Assembly (NCBI GenBank): GCA_020718085.1
Contig: DYDB01000002.1
Span: 113,161 to 177,160 of the forward strand
Reading direction: 5' to 3'
DNA length: 64,000 nucleotides
Origin: Micavibrio sp.
Lineage (GTDB): Bacteria; Patescibacteriota; Minisyncoccia; Moranbacterales; GCA-2747515
Both the position numbers and the translations under genes were made by a program. This document shows, piece by piece, positions 26,990-37,207 of this stretch. Below the pieces are notes generated by a model that searched no databases, had not been told where the DNA came from, and saw only the letters and a program-made list of their open reading frames with translations. Each line of letters begins with the position of its first letter. Position 1 is the first letter of the stretch.

Positions 26990-29716
26990 ATGGAACAAAA
27001 ACAAACAAAAAAGATCTATGCATACACTACGCAGGAAATTATAGCAAAGTTTCATACATCAGAACATCGTGGACTTACTGACTCTGAAGCACAATCACGA
27101 CTTAAACAGTATGGACGCAATCAACTTGTGCAGAAACGTAGTTGGAAGTGGCTTAAATTAATTCTAAATCAATTCAAAGATGCGCTTGTGTGGATCCTGC
27201 TCGTTGCTGCCGGATTGGCTTTTTTCTTTGGAGAGATGCGGGATGTTGTCATCATTGTCATCATTGTCGGTATTAATGCACTTATTGGGTTTCTCCAAGA
27301 ATTCAAGGCGGAGCGAGTTCTGGCCAGCATCACCAAATTGACAACGGATCAATCACAGGCGATACGCGATGGGAAGAAGCAAGAAATTGATGCGCGTTTT
27401 CTCGTACCGGGTGATGTTGTATTTGTTGCAGCAGGTGATCGTGTGCCGGCGGACGGATTTCTCATTGAGAGCTATGATCTTAAGGTGAACAGTTTCATTT
27501 TTACCGGTGAATCAAAGCCGGAAACAAAATCTGTTAAGACACTTTCTGGAGAAAGCGTTGCGCTTGCAGATATTGATAACATGCTTTTTATGGGAGAAAC
27601 TGTTACGACGGGTGAAGCGCGATATGTGGTGACAGGAACAGGTATGCAAACGGAGCTTGGACGTATTGCACATTTGACCGGTGAGATCAAAGAAGCTCCA
27701 ACGCCCATGCAAAAACAAATGCAACGGTTAAGTAAGAATATTACGATCATTGCTGTGTCGATTGGTACGTGTGTGATGATCATTGGTCAATTTTTTGAGA
27801 TGACAGTATATCATAATTTTCTTTTTGCGCTTGCACTTGCTGTATCAGTGGTACCGGAGGGGCTTCCTGCAGCAATCTCTGTAGCATTGTCACTTGGCAT
27901 GAAAAGGTTGCTTTCAGTAAAGGTGCTGGCAAAAAAGCTCAGTGCGGTGGAGACGCTCGGATCCGTGTCAATTATTTGTACAGATAAAACAGGAACCATC
28001 ACACGAAATGAATTGACTGTGACACATGTTGTGATCAATGACCAAATGCTTACGGTGAGTGGCACGGGCTATAGTTCGGAAGGACATTTTTATATCGATG
28101 GAAAAGCGGTGAATCCTGCACAGGTAAAGAATTTGGAAATGCTCTTTCGTATCGGCACGCTGTGCAATGACGCTAATATCATTTTAAAAGACGGTGTACG
28201 TACAGTTGTGGGTGATCCGACAGAGGGTGCGATCGTTGTTGTGGGAGAAAAGTATAATCCCAAAGAAAATTATTATGAGATTGGTGAGATAAAGATCACG
28301 GAAAATCCATTCTCTTCAGATCGCATGCGCATGAGCGTGGTATATAAAAATCATGATATAAAATCTTTTGTAAAAGGATCTCCGGATGTCATGATCGATC
28401 TCTGTGATACGATCGTGCAAAATGATGTGATCATGCCGTTTACATCAGAGGAAAAGATGCGTATCAAGGAAATGTATAACACCATGTCTGCAGATGCACT
28501 TCGCGTACTTGGATTTGCATATCGCAATCTCACTGATATTGATGCCAAAGATTATCTCGCCGAATCGGAAAAATGCTTAACATGGGTCGGCATGATGGCG
28601 ATGATCGATCCACCTCGCACTGATGTTGCACAGGCAATTTTGGAATGCAAAGAATTGGGGATTAAAGTGGTAATGATCACGGGAGATTATGAAATTACAG
28701 CAAAGGCAATTGCACGAAATATTGATCTTATTGGTGCGGAGGGAACATATGAGATAATTAACGGAAAAACATTGCATGAGCTGTCGGATCGTGACGTGTA
28801 TAACAAGGTAATGAAAAAAGATGTTGTTTTTGCACGTATTGCACCAGAACAAAAGTTACGTATCGCAACAATCCTCAAGGATCATCATCAAGTGATCGCG
28901 ATGACAGGTGACGGTGTAAATGATGCACCAGCACTCAAAAAAGCAGATGTGGGCGTGGCAATGGGCATTATCGGAACGGATGTTTCCAAAGAAGCGGCGG
29001 ATATGATCCTCATGGATGATCGTTTTGCGTCAATTGTTAATGGTGTGAAAGAAGGGCGTACGATCTACCATAATTTACGCAAATTTGTACATTACGTATT
29101 TACATCCAATGCGAGTGAAGTTTTTACGGTCATTATTGGTGTGGTATTTCATATTCCATCGCCGATTACAGCAATTCAGATCCTATCCATTGACTTGGCA
29201 ACGGATGTATTTCCATCTTTTGCGCTTGGCATCGAGCCACCGGAAGGAAAGCATAATGAAAAAGTTGCAAATTCCAAAGAGTCGATCATTAGTTGGCATG
29301 GCGTGTGTCGCTTGGCGTATATGGGCTTAATTATGGCAGTTGGTGCAGCGGGTGCATTTTATTGGTCAATGGTTCGCGGTGGATGGTCATATGGACTGCC
29401 GTATGATGAAAATAGTGAATTATATATGATGGCGACAACAGCTGCCTATGCTGTACTCGCAATGTCACAGATGGCGAATCTCGTACAATCTCGCAGTGAG
29501 ACACTCTCGCCATTCGCATTGGGTTTTTTCAAAAACAAATTTCTTATTGTCTCAATCGGTATGTCATTCGGTATTTTGATGCTGTTCATGTATGTGCCGA
29601 TCTTTCAGACGTATCTTGGTATGCGTCCAATTGTGTGGCAAGACTGGATGATCGTTGGCATCACAACGTTTGCTGTATACATTGCAGAGAACATTCGTAA
29701 AGTGTGGTTTGTGTAG
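26990..29716 (+). CDS. cation-transporting P-type ATPase (P2-type, Ca2+/Mg2+-like)
   Basis: ICTDKTGTIT phosphorylation site, TGDGVNDAPAL, 10 TM segments. Confidence 0.85.
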   Translation: MEQKQTKKIYAYTTQEIIAKFHTSEHRGLTDSEAQSRLKQYGRNQLVQKRSWKWLKLILNQFKDALVWILLVAAGLAFFFGEMRDVVIIVIIVGINALIGFLQEFKAERVLASITKLTTDQSQAIRDGKKQEIDARFLVPGDVVFVAAGDRVPADGFLIESYDLKVNSFIFTGESKPETKSVKTLSGESVALADIDNMLFMGETVTTGEARYVVTGTGMQTELGRIAHLTGEIKEAPTPMQKQMQRLSKNITIIAVSIGTCVMIIGQFFEMTVYHNFLFALALAVSVVPEGLPAAISVALSLGMKRLLSVKVLAKKLSAVETLGSVSIICTDKTGTITRNELTVTHVVINDQMLTVSGTGYSSEGHFYIDGKAVNPAQVKNLEMLFRIGTLCNDANIILKDGVRTVVGDPTEGAIVVVGEKYNPKENYYEIGEIKITENPFSSDRMRMSVVYKNHDIKSFVKGSPDVMIDLCDTIVQNDVIMPFTSEEKMRIKEMYNTMSADALRVLGFAYRNLTDIDAKDYLAESEKCLTWVGMMAMIDPPRTDVAQAILECKELGIKVVMITGDYEITAKAIARNIDLIGAEGTYEIINGKTLHELSDRDVYNKVMKKDVVFARIAPEQKLRIATILKDHHQVIAMTGDGVNDAPALKKADVGVAMGIIGTDVSKEAADMILMDDRFASIVNGVKEGRTIYHNLRKFVHYVFTSNASEVFTVIIGVVFHIPSPITAIQILSIDLATDVFPSFALGIEPPEGKHNEKVANSKESIISWHGVCRLAYMGLIMAVGAAGAFYWSMVRGGWSYGLPYDENSELYMMATTAAYAVLAMSQMANLVQSRSETLSPFALGFFKNKFLIVSIGMSFGILMLFMYVPIFQTYLGMRPIVWQDWMIVGITTFAVYIAENIRKVWFV

Positions 29717-29907
29717 TAATGAAAATACATGGTGTATAATAGAGTACTTTCAGTGTGTGTCGTTCGGCATTTTTCCATTCGAAATTCAATCAAAATGAAC
29801 AATTCATAATTTAAAATTTTTTTAGCAAATAATCCTTTATTTAAGCCAAAAAATTTTGAAATGGGTGTGAATATAAAAATCGAGAAATGCCTAAAAATAA
29901 ATAAAAA

Positions 29908-29916
29908 TGGTACAAT
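29908..29916 (+). promoter_or_regulatory. extended -10 element TGGTACAAT upstream of glmS
   Basis: TGnTACAAT lies 28 nt before the glmS ATG. No glmS ribozyme-like sequence is present. Confidence 0.35.
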
Positions 29917-29943
29917 GATTGCATAAATATTCATACAATTTTT

Positions 29944-31773
29944 ATGTGTGGAATCGTTGGTTATATCGGAAAAAACAAAAACGCACAACAAATATTATTG
30001 GACGGATTACATCGATTGGAATATCGCGGGTATGACAGTGCGGGACTATGTGTAATTAGTGGTAAAAAATGTAAAACGTTTCGTGCGGTGGGAAAAGTTT
30101 CTGCATTGGAGGCAAAAATTGGCGAAAAAGATTTGGCAGCAAAAATTGGTATTGCACATACGCGTTGGGCGACACATGGAAAGCCGAGTGTGGTAAATGC
30201 ACACCCGCACAACTGTGGAAAAATACATTTGGTGCATAATGGTATTATTGAAAACTATGCACAACTCAAAGAAGCGTTGATCGCAAAGGGTCATATTTTT
30301 AGTAGTGAGACGGACAGTGAAGTTGTGGCACATCTCATTGATGAGGCGAATGGGTCTTCGCGATCGTTCGAAGAATCGGTGCAAGATGCTCTCGCACAAA
30401 TTCGTGGAGCATATGCTTTGGTGGTTATGCATGAAGATGAACCGGAGAAATTGATCGCAGTACGCAACAGCTCACCTCTTGTGATTGGGGTGGGTCGAGA
30501 TGAATTCATTGTTGCATCGGATGCATCGGCAATTATCACGCATACAGATCGTGTACTTTATCTCGATGATGGAGAGATGATCGTTTTAACAGCGGATGAT
30601 CATAGGATTACAAACTTTCAAGGTAAATTGAGAAATAAAAAAGAGCATGTACTTGATTGGAATGAGAGTGAGGCGCAAAAAGAGGGATATGCACACTTCA
30701 TGCTCAAAGAGATTTTTGAGCAGCCACATGCAGTAGAAGATGCAATGCGTGGACGAGTGATCATCAAAGAAGGTCTAGCGCGATTGGGTGGATTGTCTGC
30801 GGTGGAAAAAAAAATACGTAGCATCAATCGAATAGTGATCGTGTCATGTGGCACATCGTATCATGCCGGTCTGGTAGGGGAATATATGTTGGAGGAATAT
30901 GCCGGTATACCGACAGAAGTAGAATATGCATCAGAGTTTCGCTATCGTAAACCCCTTATTGATAAAAGAACGGCGGTGATCGCAATTTCACAATCAGGTG
31001 AAACAGCAGATACGCGTGCAGCAATACGTGAGGCGAAGAATAAGGGCGCGCTTACACTTGGTATTATCAACGCTGTGGGATCGACGATCGCTCGAGAAAC
31101 AGATGCTGGTGTGTACAATCATGCTGGTCCGGAAATTAGCGTGGCAAGCACCAAGGCATTTACATCACAATTAACGATCCTTACTTTATTTACGGTGTAT
31201 ATGGGACGACAGCGTGATATGTCGATGACAATGGGCAGGCGTATTCTCACAGAACTGCGTGCGTTACCACATAAAATTGAAGAGATTTTTACACAGGAAA
31301 AACATATTAAAAAAATTGCAAAAAAATACAGTAGTGTACAGAGTATGTTCTATTTGGGGCGAAAATACAATTATCCAATTGCGCTGGAAGGTGCGATCAA
31401 GATCAAGGAGATCTCATATATTCATGCAGAAGGTTATGCATCAGGTGAGATGAAACATGGTCCAATTGCCTTGATCGACAAAAATTTCCCCTCGATCGTG
31501 ATCGCGCCATGTGACAGTGTGTATGAAAAAACACTATCTGCAATTGCAGAGATTCGTGCACGTAGCGGTAAGGTAGTGGTGATCACGACAAGTGACGCAA
31601 CAGAAGCGATAAAAATTGCGGATGATGTGATCATTGTCCCAAAAACTTTGGAGATGCTCATGCCGCTCCTTACGGTTGTGCCACTACAAATTTTGGCATA
31701 TTATGCAGGTGTGACAAGAGGTTATGATGTTGATAAACCGCGTAACTTGGCAAAAAGTGTAACAGTTGAGTAA
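29944..31773 (+). CDS. glmS: glutamine--fructose-6-phosphate aminotransferase
   Basis: MCGIVGY N-terminal nucleophile, two SIS domains, and a C-terminal VE. Confidence 0.9.
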   Translation: MCGIVGYIGKNKNAQQILLDGLHRLEYRGYDSAGLCVISGKKCKTFRAVGKVSALEAKIGEKDLAAKIGIAHTRWATHGKPSVVNAHPHNCGKIHLVHNGIIENYAQLKEALIAKGHIFSSETDSEVVAHLIDEANGSSRSFEESVQDALAQIRGAYALVVMHEDEPEKLIAVRNSSPLVIGVGRDEFIVASDASAIITHTDRVLYLDDGEMIVLTADDHRITNFQGKLRNKKEHVLDWNESEAQKEGYAHFMLKEIFEQPHAVEDAMRGRVIIKEGLARLGGLSAVEKKIRSINRIVIVSCGTSYHAGLVGEYMLEEYAGIPTEVEYASEFRYRKPLIDKRTAVIAISQSGETADTRAAIREAKNKGALTLGIINAVGSTIARETDAGVYNHAGPEISVASTKAFTSQLTILTLFTVYMGRQRDMSMTMGRRILTELRALPHKIEEIFTQEKHIKKIAKKYSSVQSMFYLGRKYNYPIALEGAIKIKEISYIHAEGYASGEMKHGPIALIDKNFPSIVIAPCDSVYEKTLSAIAEIRARSGKVVVITTSDATEAIKIADDVIIVPKTLEMLMPLLTVVPLQILAYYAGVTRGYDVDKPRNLAKSVTVE

Positions 31774-31800
31774 TTAATAATTAATAATTAATAATTAATA
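31771..31800. repeat. heptamer microsatellite (TAATTAA)x4 between glmS and the next gene
   Basis: taattaataattaataattaataattaata. The first TAA is the glmS stop, and the repeat abuts the ATG at 31801. Confidence 0.8.
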
Positions 31801-32343
31801 ATGAAAAATTCATATACAAGAACATTTGTGGCCGTGCTTTGTCTGATTGTGCTGAGTGGTTGTGCTGCGGGGATCGTAAAAAATAAGAATGGATCAACAG
31901 CACTGCCAGAGGCAGTAGTGGATCAAAAGGTAGAAAAATCAAAACGATTTATCTATGTTGTTGTGCCTGACGGCATGCAAGTAAATGGAGCTTCCTATGA
32001 TATTGTTGACAATATTGGATGTGGCGATGCATTGGTGCGCATAGAGGATGATACGCTTACGTCACCTGTGCAGGCATTGGAAAAAATGCTTGCATTTAAC
32101 GATCCTGCGAAGGGTTATCATAACAGTTTTGCTTCGTCTCAATTAAATGTCGTGCATGTGATGACGGATGAGGATGGTGGCACCAATGTTTTTTTGACAG
32201 GTCAATTGCATATTGGTGGTGTGTGCGATGTGCCGCGTATTCAAGCTCAACTGGAACGAACGGTACAACAATATAATGAAAATTCTTTGGTGCATATCTT
32301 TGTGAATGATGTGCCACTGGAGGATTTGCTTTCTGAAAAATGA
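31801..32343 (+). CDS. lipoprotein, hypothetical (GerMN-like?)
   Basis: Signal peptide with lipobox LSGC. Confidence 0.5.
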   Translation: MKNSYTRTFVAVLCLIVLSGCAAGIVKNKNGSTALPEAVVDQKVEKSKRFIYVVVPDGMQVNGASYDIVDNIGCGDALVRIEDDTLTSPVQALEKMLAFNDPAKGYHNSFASSQLNVVHVMTDEDGGTNVFLTGQLHIGGVCDVPRIQAQLERTVQQYNENSLVHIFVNDVPLEDLLSEK

Positions 32344-32427
32344 TACAAAATTTAGAAGTTCTTGCATTGCATATGTGTACAAAGCAGGGTATACTGTGAT
32401 GCAGAGTTACTTGTGAAAACGTATTTT

Positions 32428-33207
32428 ATGGTGGATATGACATGGATTCAAGCACTTATTTTAGGTTGTGTGGAAGGCATAACGGAATTTTTGCCGATTT
32501 CGTCAACAGCACATCTCATTCTCACATCACATGTATTGGGCATTGGTCAGACGGAATTCATGAAAAGTTTTGAAATTATTATACAGCTCGGTGCTATTCT
32601 TGCTGTTGTTGTTTTATATTGGCGAGAACTGATGAATATGGAAGTAATAAAAAGATTGATCGTTGCGTTTGTGCCAACGGGCATATTAGGTGTGTTGTTT
32701 TATAATGTGATCAAGACCTATTTGATGAATAGTGATGCAGTGATTCTTATGGCGTTGTTCCTTGGTGGGCTATTCCTTGTTCTCTTTGAAAAATGGCATG
32801 TAGAAAAAAATGATGTAATTAGTGATATCAGTGCTATTTCTTATAAAAAATGCCTCGTGATCGGTATTTTTCAATCAATTGCGATGATTCCCGGTATATC
32901 GCGTTCTGCCGCAACGATCATCGGTGGACTCGCTCTGGGTTTTAAACGGGAGACAATTGTGGCGTTCTCGTTTCTTTTGGCAGTACCAACAATGATTGCA
33001 GCAACGGGATTTGATTTGATCAAAAACGCATCATCATTTTCATCATCACAATCTGTTGTTCTTGCGATTGGTTTTGTTACCGCATTTGTCACGGCAATTT
33101 TAGGTATTAAGTTTTTCTTGGCATATATACGAAAACATTCTTTTGCAACGTTTGGTATATACCGCATGATCATTGCGATGGTATTTTTTGCATTGTTTTT
33201 TATATAA
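32428..33207 (+). CDS. uppP: undecaprenyl-diphosphatase
   Basis: ILGCVEGITEFLPISSTAHL, a BacA/UppP signature. Confidence 0.8.
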   Translation: MVDMTWIQALILGCVEGITEFLPISSTAHLILTSHVLGIGQTEFMKSFEIIIQLGAILAVVVLYWRELMNMEVIKRLIVAFVPTGILGVLFYNVIKTYLMNSDAVILMALFLGGLFLVLFEKWHVEKNDVISDISAISYKKCLVIGIFQSIAMIPGISRSAATIIGGLALGFKRETIVAFSFLLAVPTMIAATGFDLIKNASSFSSSQSVVLAIGFVTAFVTAILGIKFFLAYIRKHSFATFGIYRMIIAMVFFALFFI

Positions 33208-33211
33208 TGTT

Positions 33212-34081
33212 ATGAAATTGATTGATGGAAAAATGATTGCTGCAAAAAAACTTCTTGCAGTACAGGAATTGATCGAGGATGAGGAACTAGAGCCAAAGCT
33301 TGCAGTAATTCTTGTGGGTAATGATCCTGCATCACAGTTATATGTGAAGCTTAAGGTGAAGGCTGCAAAAGAAGTGGGTATTGAACTTCGAACGTATTTT
33401 TGTGAAGAGGGAACGCCACGCGAAGAGATTGTAGAAAGCATTGCATTTCTCAATGCAGATCCAGATACGCACGGTATCATTGTACAATTACCACTTCCAG
33501 AGCATTTGGATGCGGATGATATTATAGGTCTCATTGATCCGGCAAAGGATGTGGATGGTTTTCACAAAACAAATCAAGAAAAATTTCTTGCTGATCAAGC
33601 GTGCGTGTATCCGGTGTTTCCCGGTGCCATTATGGGACTCATTACATCGTGTGTGGATGATCTGCGGGGGAAAAAAGCCGTTGTTCTCGGTAAGAGTGAT
33701 ATATTTGATCGCGTGATGACACATGCATTTGCACAACGCGAATGTGATGCTATTTTTATCGGTTGTGCACAGAAAAATGAATTTACATTACAAGAAAAAG
33801 ATGTGATCAATCAAGCGGATATCATTGTGACAGCAATCGGCAGACCCGGATTTTTATCCTGTGATCTGATCAAGGATGATGCGATCGTGATCGATGGAGG
33901 AATCAGTAAAGTAGGTGAAAAGGTGGTGGGAGACGTAGATCGCACGCACTGTAATGATCGTGACATCTTTATTTCTGCCGTACCTGGCGGTGTGGGTCCG
34001 GTAACAATTGCGTGTTTACTGGAAAACGTGACACATTTTGCACAATGTAAAGAAAGTCAGTGTACATGTGAACATTGTTAG
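33212..34081 (+). CDS. folD: bifunctional methylenetetrahydrofolate dehydrogenase/cyclohydrolase with a short Cys-rich C-terminal tail
   Basis: ILVGNDPASQLYVKLK ... PGGVGPVT. The tail is CKESQCTCEHC. Confidence 0.8.
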   Translation: MKLIDGKMIAAKKLLAVQELIEDEELEPKLAVILVGNDPASQLYVKLKVKAAKEVGIELRTYFCEEGTPREEIVESIAFLNADPDTHGIIVQLPLPEHLDADDIIGLIDPAKDVDGFHKTNQEKFLADQACVYPVFPGAIMGLITSCVDDLRGKKAVVLGKSDIFDRVMTHAFAQRECDAIFIGCAQKNEFTLQEKDVINQADIIVTAIGRPGFLSCDLIKDDAIVIDGGISKVGEKVVGDVDRTHCNDRDIFISAVPGGVGPVTIACLLENVTHFAQCKESQCTCEHC

Positions 34082-34093
34082 AATCTTTTTTCT

Positions 34094-34831
34094 ATGACAA
34101 AAATTGTTGCAATTGGAGGTGGTGAAATGAGCAAACAGGAAACAGTGGCGATTGATCGGGAGATCATGAGGTTTTCCGGTAAGAAAAAACCGCATCTGCT
34201 TTTTATTCCGACAGCAAGTAAAGATGCTGAGGGATATATAACAAACATCGAAATGTACTTTGGTGAGCGATTGGGTTGTGTCGTGGATGTTTTGCGTGTC
34301 GCAAAAGATTCTCCAAAAAAGAAGTTTCTGGAAGAAAAAATTCTCGGAGCGGATATTATTTATGTTGGTGGTGGTAATACGCTTTTTATGATGATGCGAT
34401 GGCGCAGGCTTGGTATCGATAAAATTTTGGGTAAGGCGTTAGAAAGGGACATTGTGCTTTGTGGAATGAGCGCCGGTTCGATCTGTTGGTTCAATTTTGG
34501 GAACTCAGATTCACGAAAATTTACGAGCGGAAGTGAAAAAATGGTCAAAGTAACGGGATTGGGATTTATCAATGCTTTGCATTGTCCACACTATGATGTG
34601 GAAAAATCACGTAAAAGGGATTTAAAGCGAATGATGAGAAACGATAAGCATGTTGCCATTGCACTGGAAAACAATTGTGCGTTACAAATTTATGATGATA
34701 CATATCGTATAATCACGAGCGATGAGAATGCGCGTGCGTATAAGGCATATTGGAAAAATGGGGAATATCACGAAGATGTTATTACATGTGACAAAAAGTA
34801 TTATTTACTACAAGAATTGTTGCAAAAGTAA
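34094..34831 (+). CDS. S51 family peptidase (dipeptidase E / cyanophycinase-like)
   Basis: LLFIPTAS ... GGGNT ... GMSAGS (Ser nucleophile). Confidence 0.6.
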   Translation: MTKIVAIGGGEMSKQETVAIDREIMRFSGKKKPHLLFIPTASKDAEGYITNIEMYFGERLGCVVDVLRVAKDSPKKKFLEEKILGADIIYVGGGNTLFMMMRWRRLGIDKILGKALERDIVLCGMSAGSICWFNFGNSDSRKFTSGSEKMVKVTGLGFINALHCPHYDVEKSRKRDLKRMMRNDKHVAIALENNCALQIYDDTYRIITSDENARAYKAYWKNGEYHEDVITCDKKYYLLQELLQK

Positions 34832-34852
34832 AATTTATGAGATAAATCAAAA

Positions 34853-34879
34853 AATAGGGCTATGATGCCCTATTTTTTA
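34853..34879 (+). terminator. intrinsic terminator (TAGGGC/GCCCTA, T6)
   Basis: aatagggctatgatgccctatttttta. Confidence 0.65.
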
Positions 34880-34886
34880 TGATACG

Positions 34887-34907
34887 TGCCTCGGGAGAGG
34901 CTCGAAC
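34887..34907 (-). repeat. 21-nt copy of a tRNA 3' end (GTTCGAGCCTCTCCCGAGGCA), direct repeat of the tRNA-Leu 3' end with 1 mismatch
   Basis: TGCCTCGGGAGAGGCTCGAAC on the plus strand. It lacks the rest of the tRNA, and a 9-bp hairpin ttgaaaacc/ggttttcaa lies next to it. Confidence 0.5.
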
Positions 34908-35054
34908 GTCGTTGCACTCCTTGAAAACCCACGGTTTTCAACACTTTCCTTCAACGGGAAAATTATCATTTCCCCGACCCCTTTATTTGTTCGAGTAAAA
35001 TTTTAAATTTATGTTCAGAAATGGCAGGTATAGTTCAATGTGTCAATTTTTATG

Positions 35055-35138
35055 TGCCTCGGGAGAGACTCGAACTCTCACATCCTTGCGAATACTGGAT
35101 TTTGAGTCCAGCGCGTCTACCAATTCCGCCACCGAGGC
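35055..35138 (-). tRNA. tRNA-Leu(CAA)
   Basis: GCCTCGG-TG-GCGGAATTGGTAGACGC-GCTGGA-CTCAAAA-TCCAG-long variable arm-GAGAG-TTCGAGT-CTCTC-CCGAGGC-A, 84 nt. Confidence 0.8.
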
Positions 35139-35294
35139 ATATTTAGTTTGTAAAGTTGTAAGCTTGTAAAGTATATAAGTATTTTTACAAACCCACATAT
35201 CAGATTTTGGAGTACTTGTGCTATTATAGTATAATTGTTGTAGTAAATCAAGGCTCATGCCTTCCAGAATGACTTTATTCTTAAATTACGCGTA

Positions 35295-36059
35295 ATGGCA
35301 CAAATCATTTCATTTATCAATCAAAAAGGTGGTGTAGGTAAGACGACAAGTGCAGTTAATACGGCAAGTTATCTTGCAGATATGGGCAAATTTGTGCTTT
35401 TGGTGGACCTGGATCCGCAGGGTAATGCATCGTCGGGATTAGGTATCGATCCACGACAAGTACAACATAGCTTGTATTCCACAATGGTAGGGGGTGGTAA
35501 TGTGCGTGATGCGATTGTGGGTGCGGGCATGGACGGATTGAGTTTGATTCCTGCAACAGCGGACTTGGCGGGAGCAAATATCGATCTTGTGGAAATGGAA
35601 AATCGTGAATTTCGTCTATATGATGTTTTGCGTCAAATCCGTATGGATTACGATTATATCATTGTTGACTCACCACCAAGCTTAGGACTTCTTACCATTA
35701 ACGGTCTCGTGGCTTCAGACAGTGTCATTATCCCGGTACAAGCAGAGTATTATGCTCTGGAGGGTTTAGGACAATTACTTGAAACGATCCAATTGGTACA
35801 AAATAATCTACAACCGGAACTAAATATTATGGGTGCGGTGATCACATTGTATGATAGACGCAATCGTTTGGCGCGGCAGGTTGTGCGCGAAATGCGACAG
35901 CATTTTCCAGGACGTGTATTTGAAAGTATTATTCCACGTAGTATTCGTTTGGCTGAGGCGCCGAGTTTTGGGCAATCAATTACGATGTTCGATAATTTCA
36001 ATAAAGGTGCAAAGGCATATAAGTCATTAGCAAAAGAGATCATCGCTCTCGAAAAATAA
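35295..36059 (+). CDS. parA: chromosome partitioning ATPase ParA/Soj
   Basis: Deviant Walker A KGGVGKTT. Lies upstream of parB. Confidence 0.85.
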   Translation: MAQIISFINQKGGVGKTTSAVNTASYLADMGKFVLLVDLDPQGNASSGLGIDPRQVQHSLYSTMVGGGNVRDAIVGAGMDGLSLIPATADLAGANIDLVEMENREFRLYDVLRQIRMDYDYIIVDSPPSLGLLTINGLVASDSVIIPVQAEYYALEGLGQLLETIQLVQNNLQPELNIMGAVITLYDRRNRLARQVVREMRQHFPGRVFESIIPRSIRLAEAPSFGQSITMFDNFNKGAKAYKSLAKEIIALEK

Positions 36060-36069
36060 ATAAAAATAT

Positions 36070-37032
36070 ATGATACAGCGACACGGTTTGGGACGAGGAC
36101 TTTCTTCACTTATCCCACAAAAAAACACAACAATACAAAGTGAGCCGCAAAGAACAACAGATCGTGATACACGGTCGGTTTCGCGTCCGTTGCGTGATGA
36201 AAAAACATCAGCGCCTGTGCAAAGTTCTAAAGAAAATTTGAGTGATCATGATATTGTCAAAGAAGTTGCGATCGGTAAAGTGCGAGCCAATGCACAGCAA
36301 CCACGCATGTATTTTGACGAGGCAAAATTGGATGAGTTGGCACATTCGATCAAAACACATGGCGTTTTACAACCACTAATTGTGATCCATAAAGGGGATC
36401 ACTATGAGCTCATTGCCGGTGAGCGACGTTTGCGCGCATCAAAAAAAGCGGGATGTGAAACTGTGCCGGTGATCATCAAAAGGGATATTGATCTTGGTGA
36501 ACAAAAAAAACTGGAACTGGCACTTATTGAAAATATCCAACGACACGACCTCAATGTGATCGAGGAATCAAAATCATACAATCGTCTCGCGGATGAATTT
36601 GGGTTATCACAGGAGGAGATAGCAAATCGTTCTGGAAAAAGTCGCAGTGCTATCGCCAATCGTATGCGCTTAACAGGATTACCGGTTGAAGTGCAAAAAG
36701 GCCTTATCTCCGGAGAAATTACGGAAGGGCACGCAAAGGTCATTCTTAGTCTTGCTGGTATGCAAAAACAACTTGCACTTTATAATATGATTCTTTCTCA
36801 AAGATTGACTGTGCGACAAGCAGAAGATAAGGCACATCTTGCTGAACATACAAAACATGTAAGCAGAAATCATAATAAGACACCACAGGCACGTCGGTTG
36901 GAAGATCAATTGGCGCGATATTTTGGTACACGGGTACGTGTAAATGAGAACAGTGGCGGTGGTAATATTACCGTGTCGTATTTTTCGGAAGAGGAATTGA
37001 AAAACATTTTGTCGCGGCTGAAATTGGCATAG
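36070..37032 (+). CDS. parB: chromosome partitioning protein ParB/Spo0J with an ~80-aa N-terminal extension
   Basis: GERRLRAS box and an HTH. Confidence 0.8.
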   Translation: MIQRHGLGRGLSSLIPQKNTTIQSEPQRTTDRDTRSVSRPLRDEKTSAPVQSSKENLSDHDIVKEVAIGKVRANAQQPRMYFDEAKLDELAHSIKTHGVLQPLIVIHKGDHYELIAGERRLRASKKAGCETVPVIIKRDIDLGEQKKLELALIENIQRHDLNVIEESKSYNRLADEFGLSQEEIANRSGKSRSAIANRMRLTGLPVEVQKGLISGEITEGHAKVILSLAGMQKQLALYNMILSQRLTVRQAEDKAHLAEHTKHVSRNHNKTPQARRLEDQLARYFGTRVRVNENSGGGNITVSYFSEEELKNILSRLKLA

Positions 37033-37207
37033 AGTAAAGTTCGTAAATACACAATTTTTAACATATTATCCACTTGCGTATTCACATAATGACAGGTTAT
37101 CTGAAATTTGTTTTTTCTTTTCTCCTATCGGCGTACGCATTTCTGTAATGAATTAATCGAACTTATTTTTTTAAAGGGAAATAAGAAAGAACGCTTTATT
37201 AATTTTT

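Noticed and set aside
26405-27055. 216-aa minus-strand ORF antisense to the HAD hydrolase gene
   Set aside because: It lies entirely within a well-supported plus-strand CDS, its composition is low-complexity Cys/Phe/Leu-rich, and it has no RBS. Typical antisense shadow ORF.
29717-29943. Looked for a glmS ribozyme upstream of glmS
   Set aside because: The region is AT-rich with only an extended -10 promoter, and none of the conserved glmS ribozyme core elements are present.
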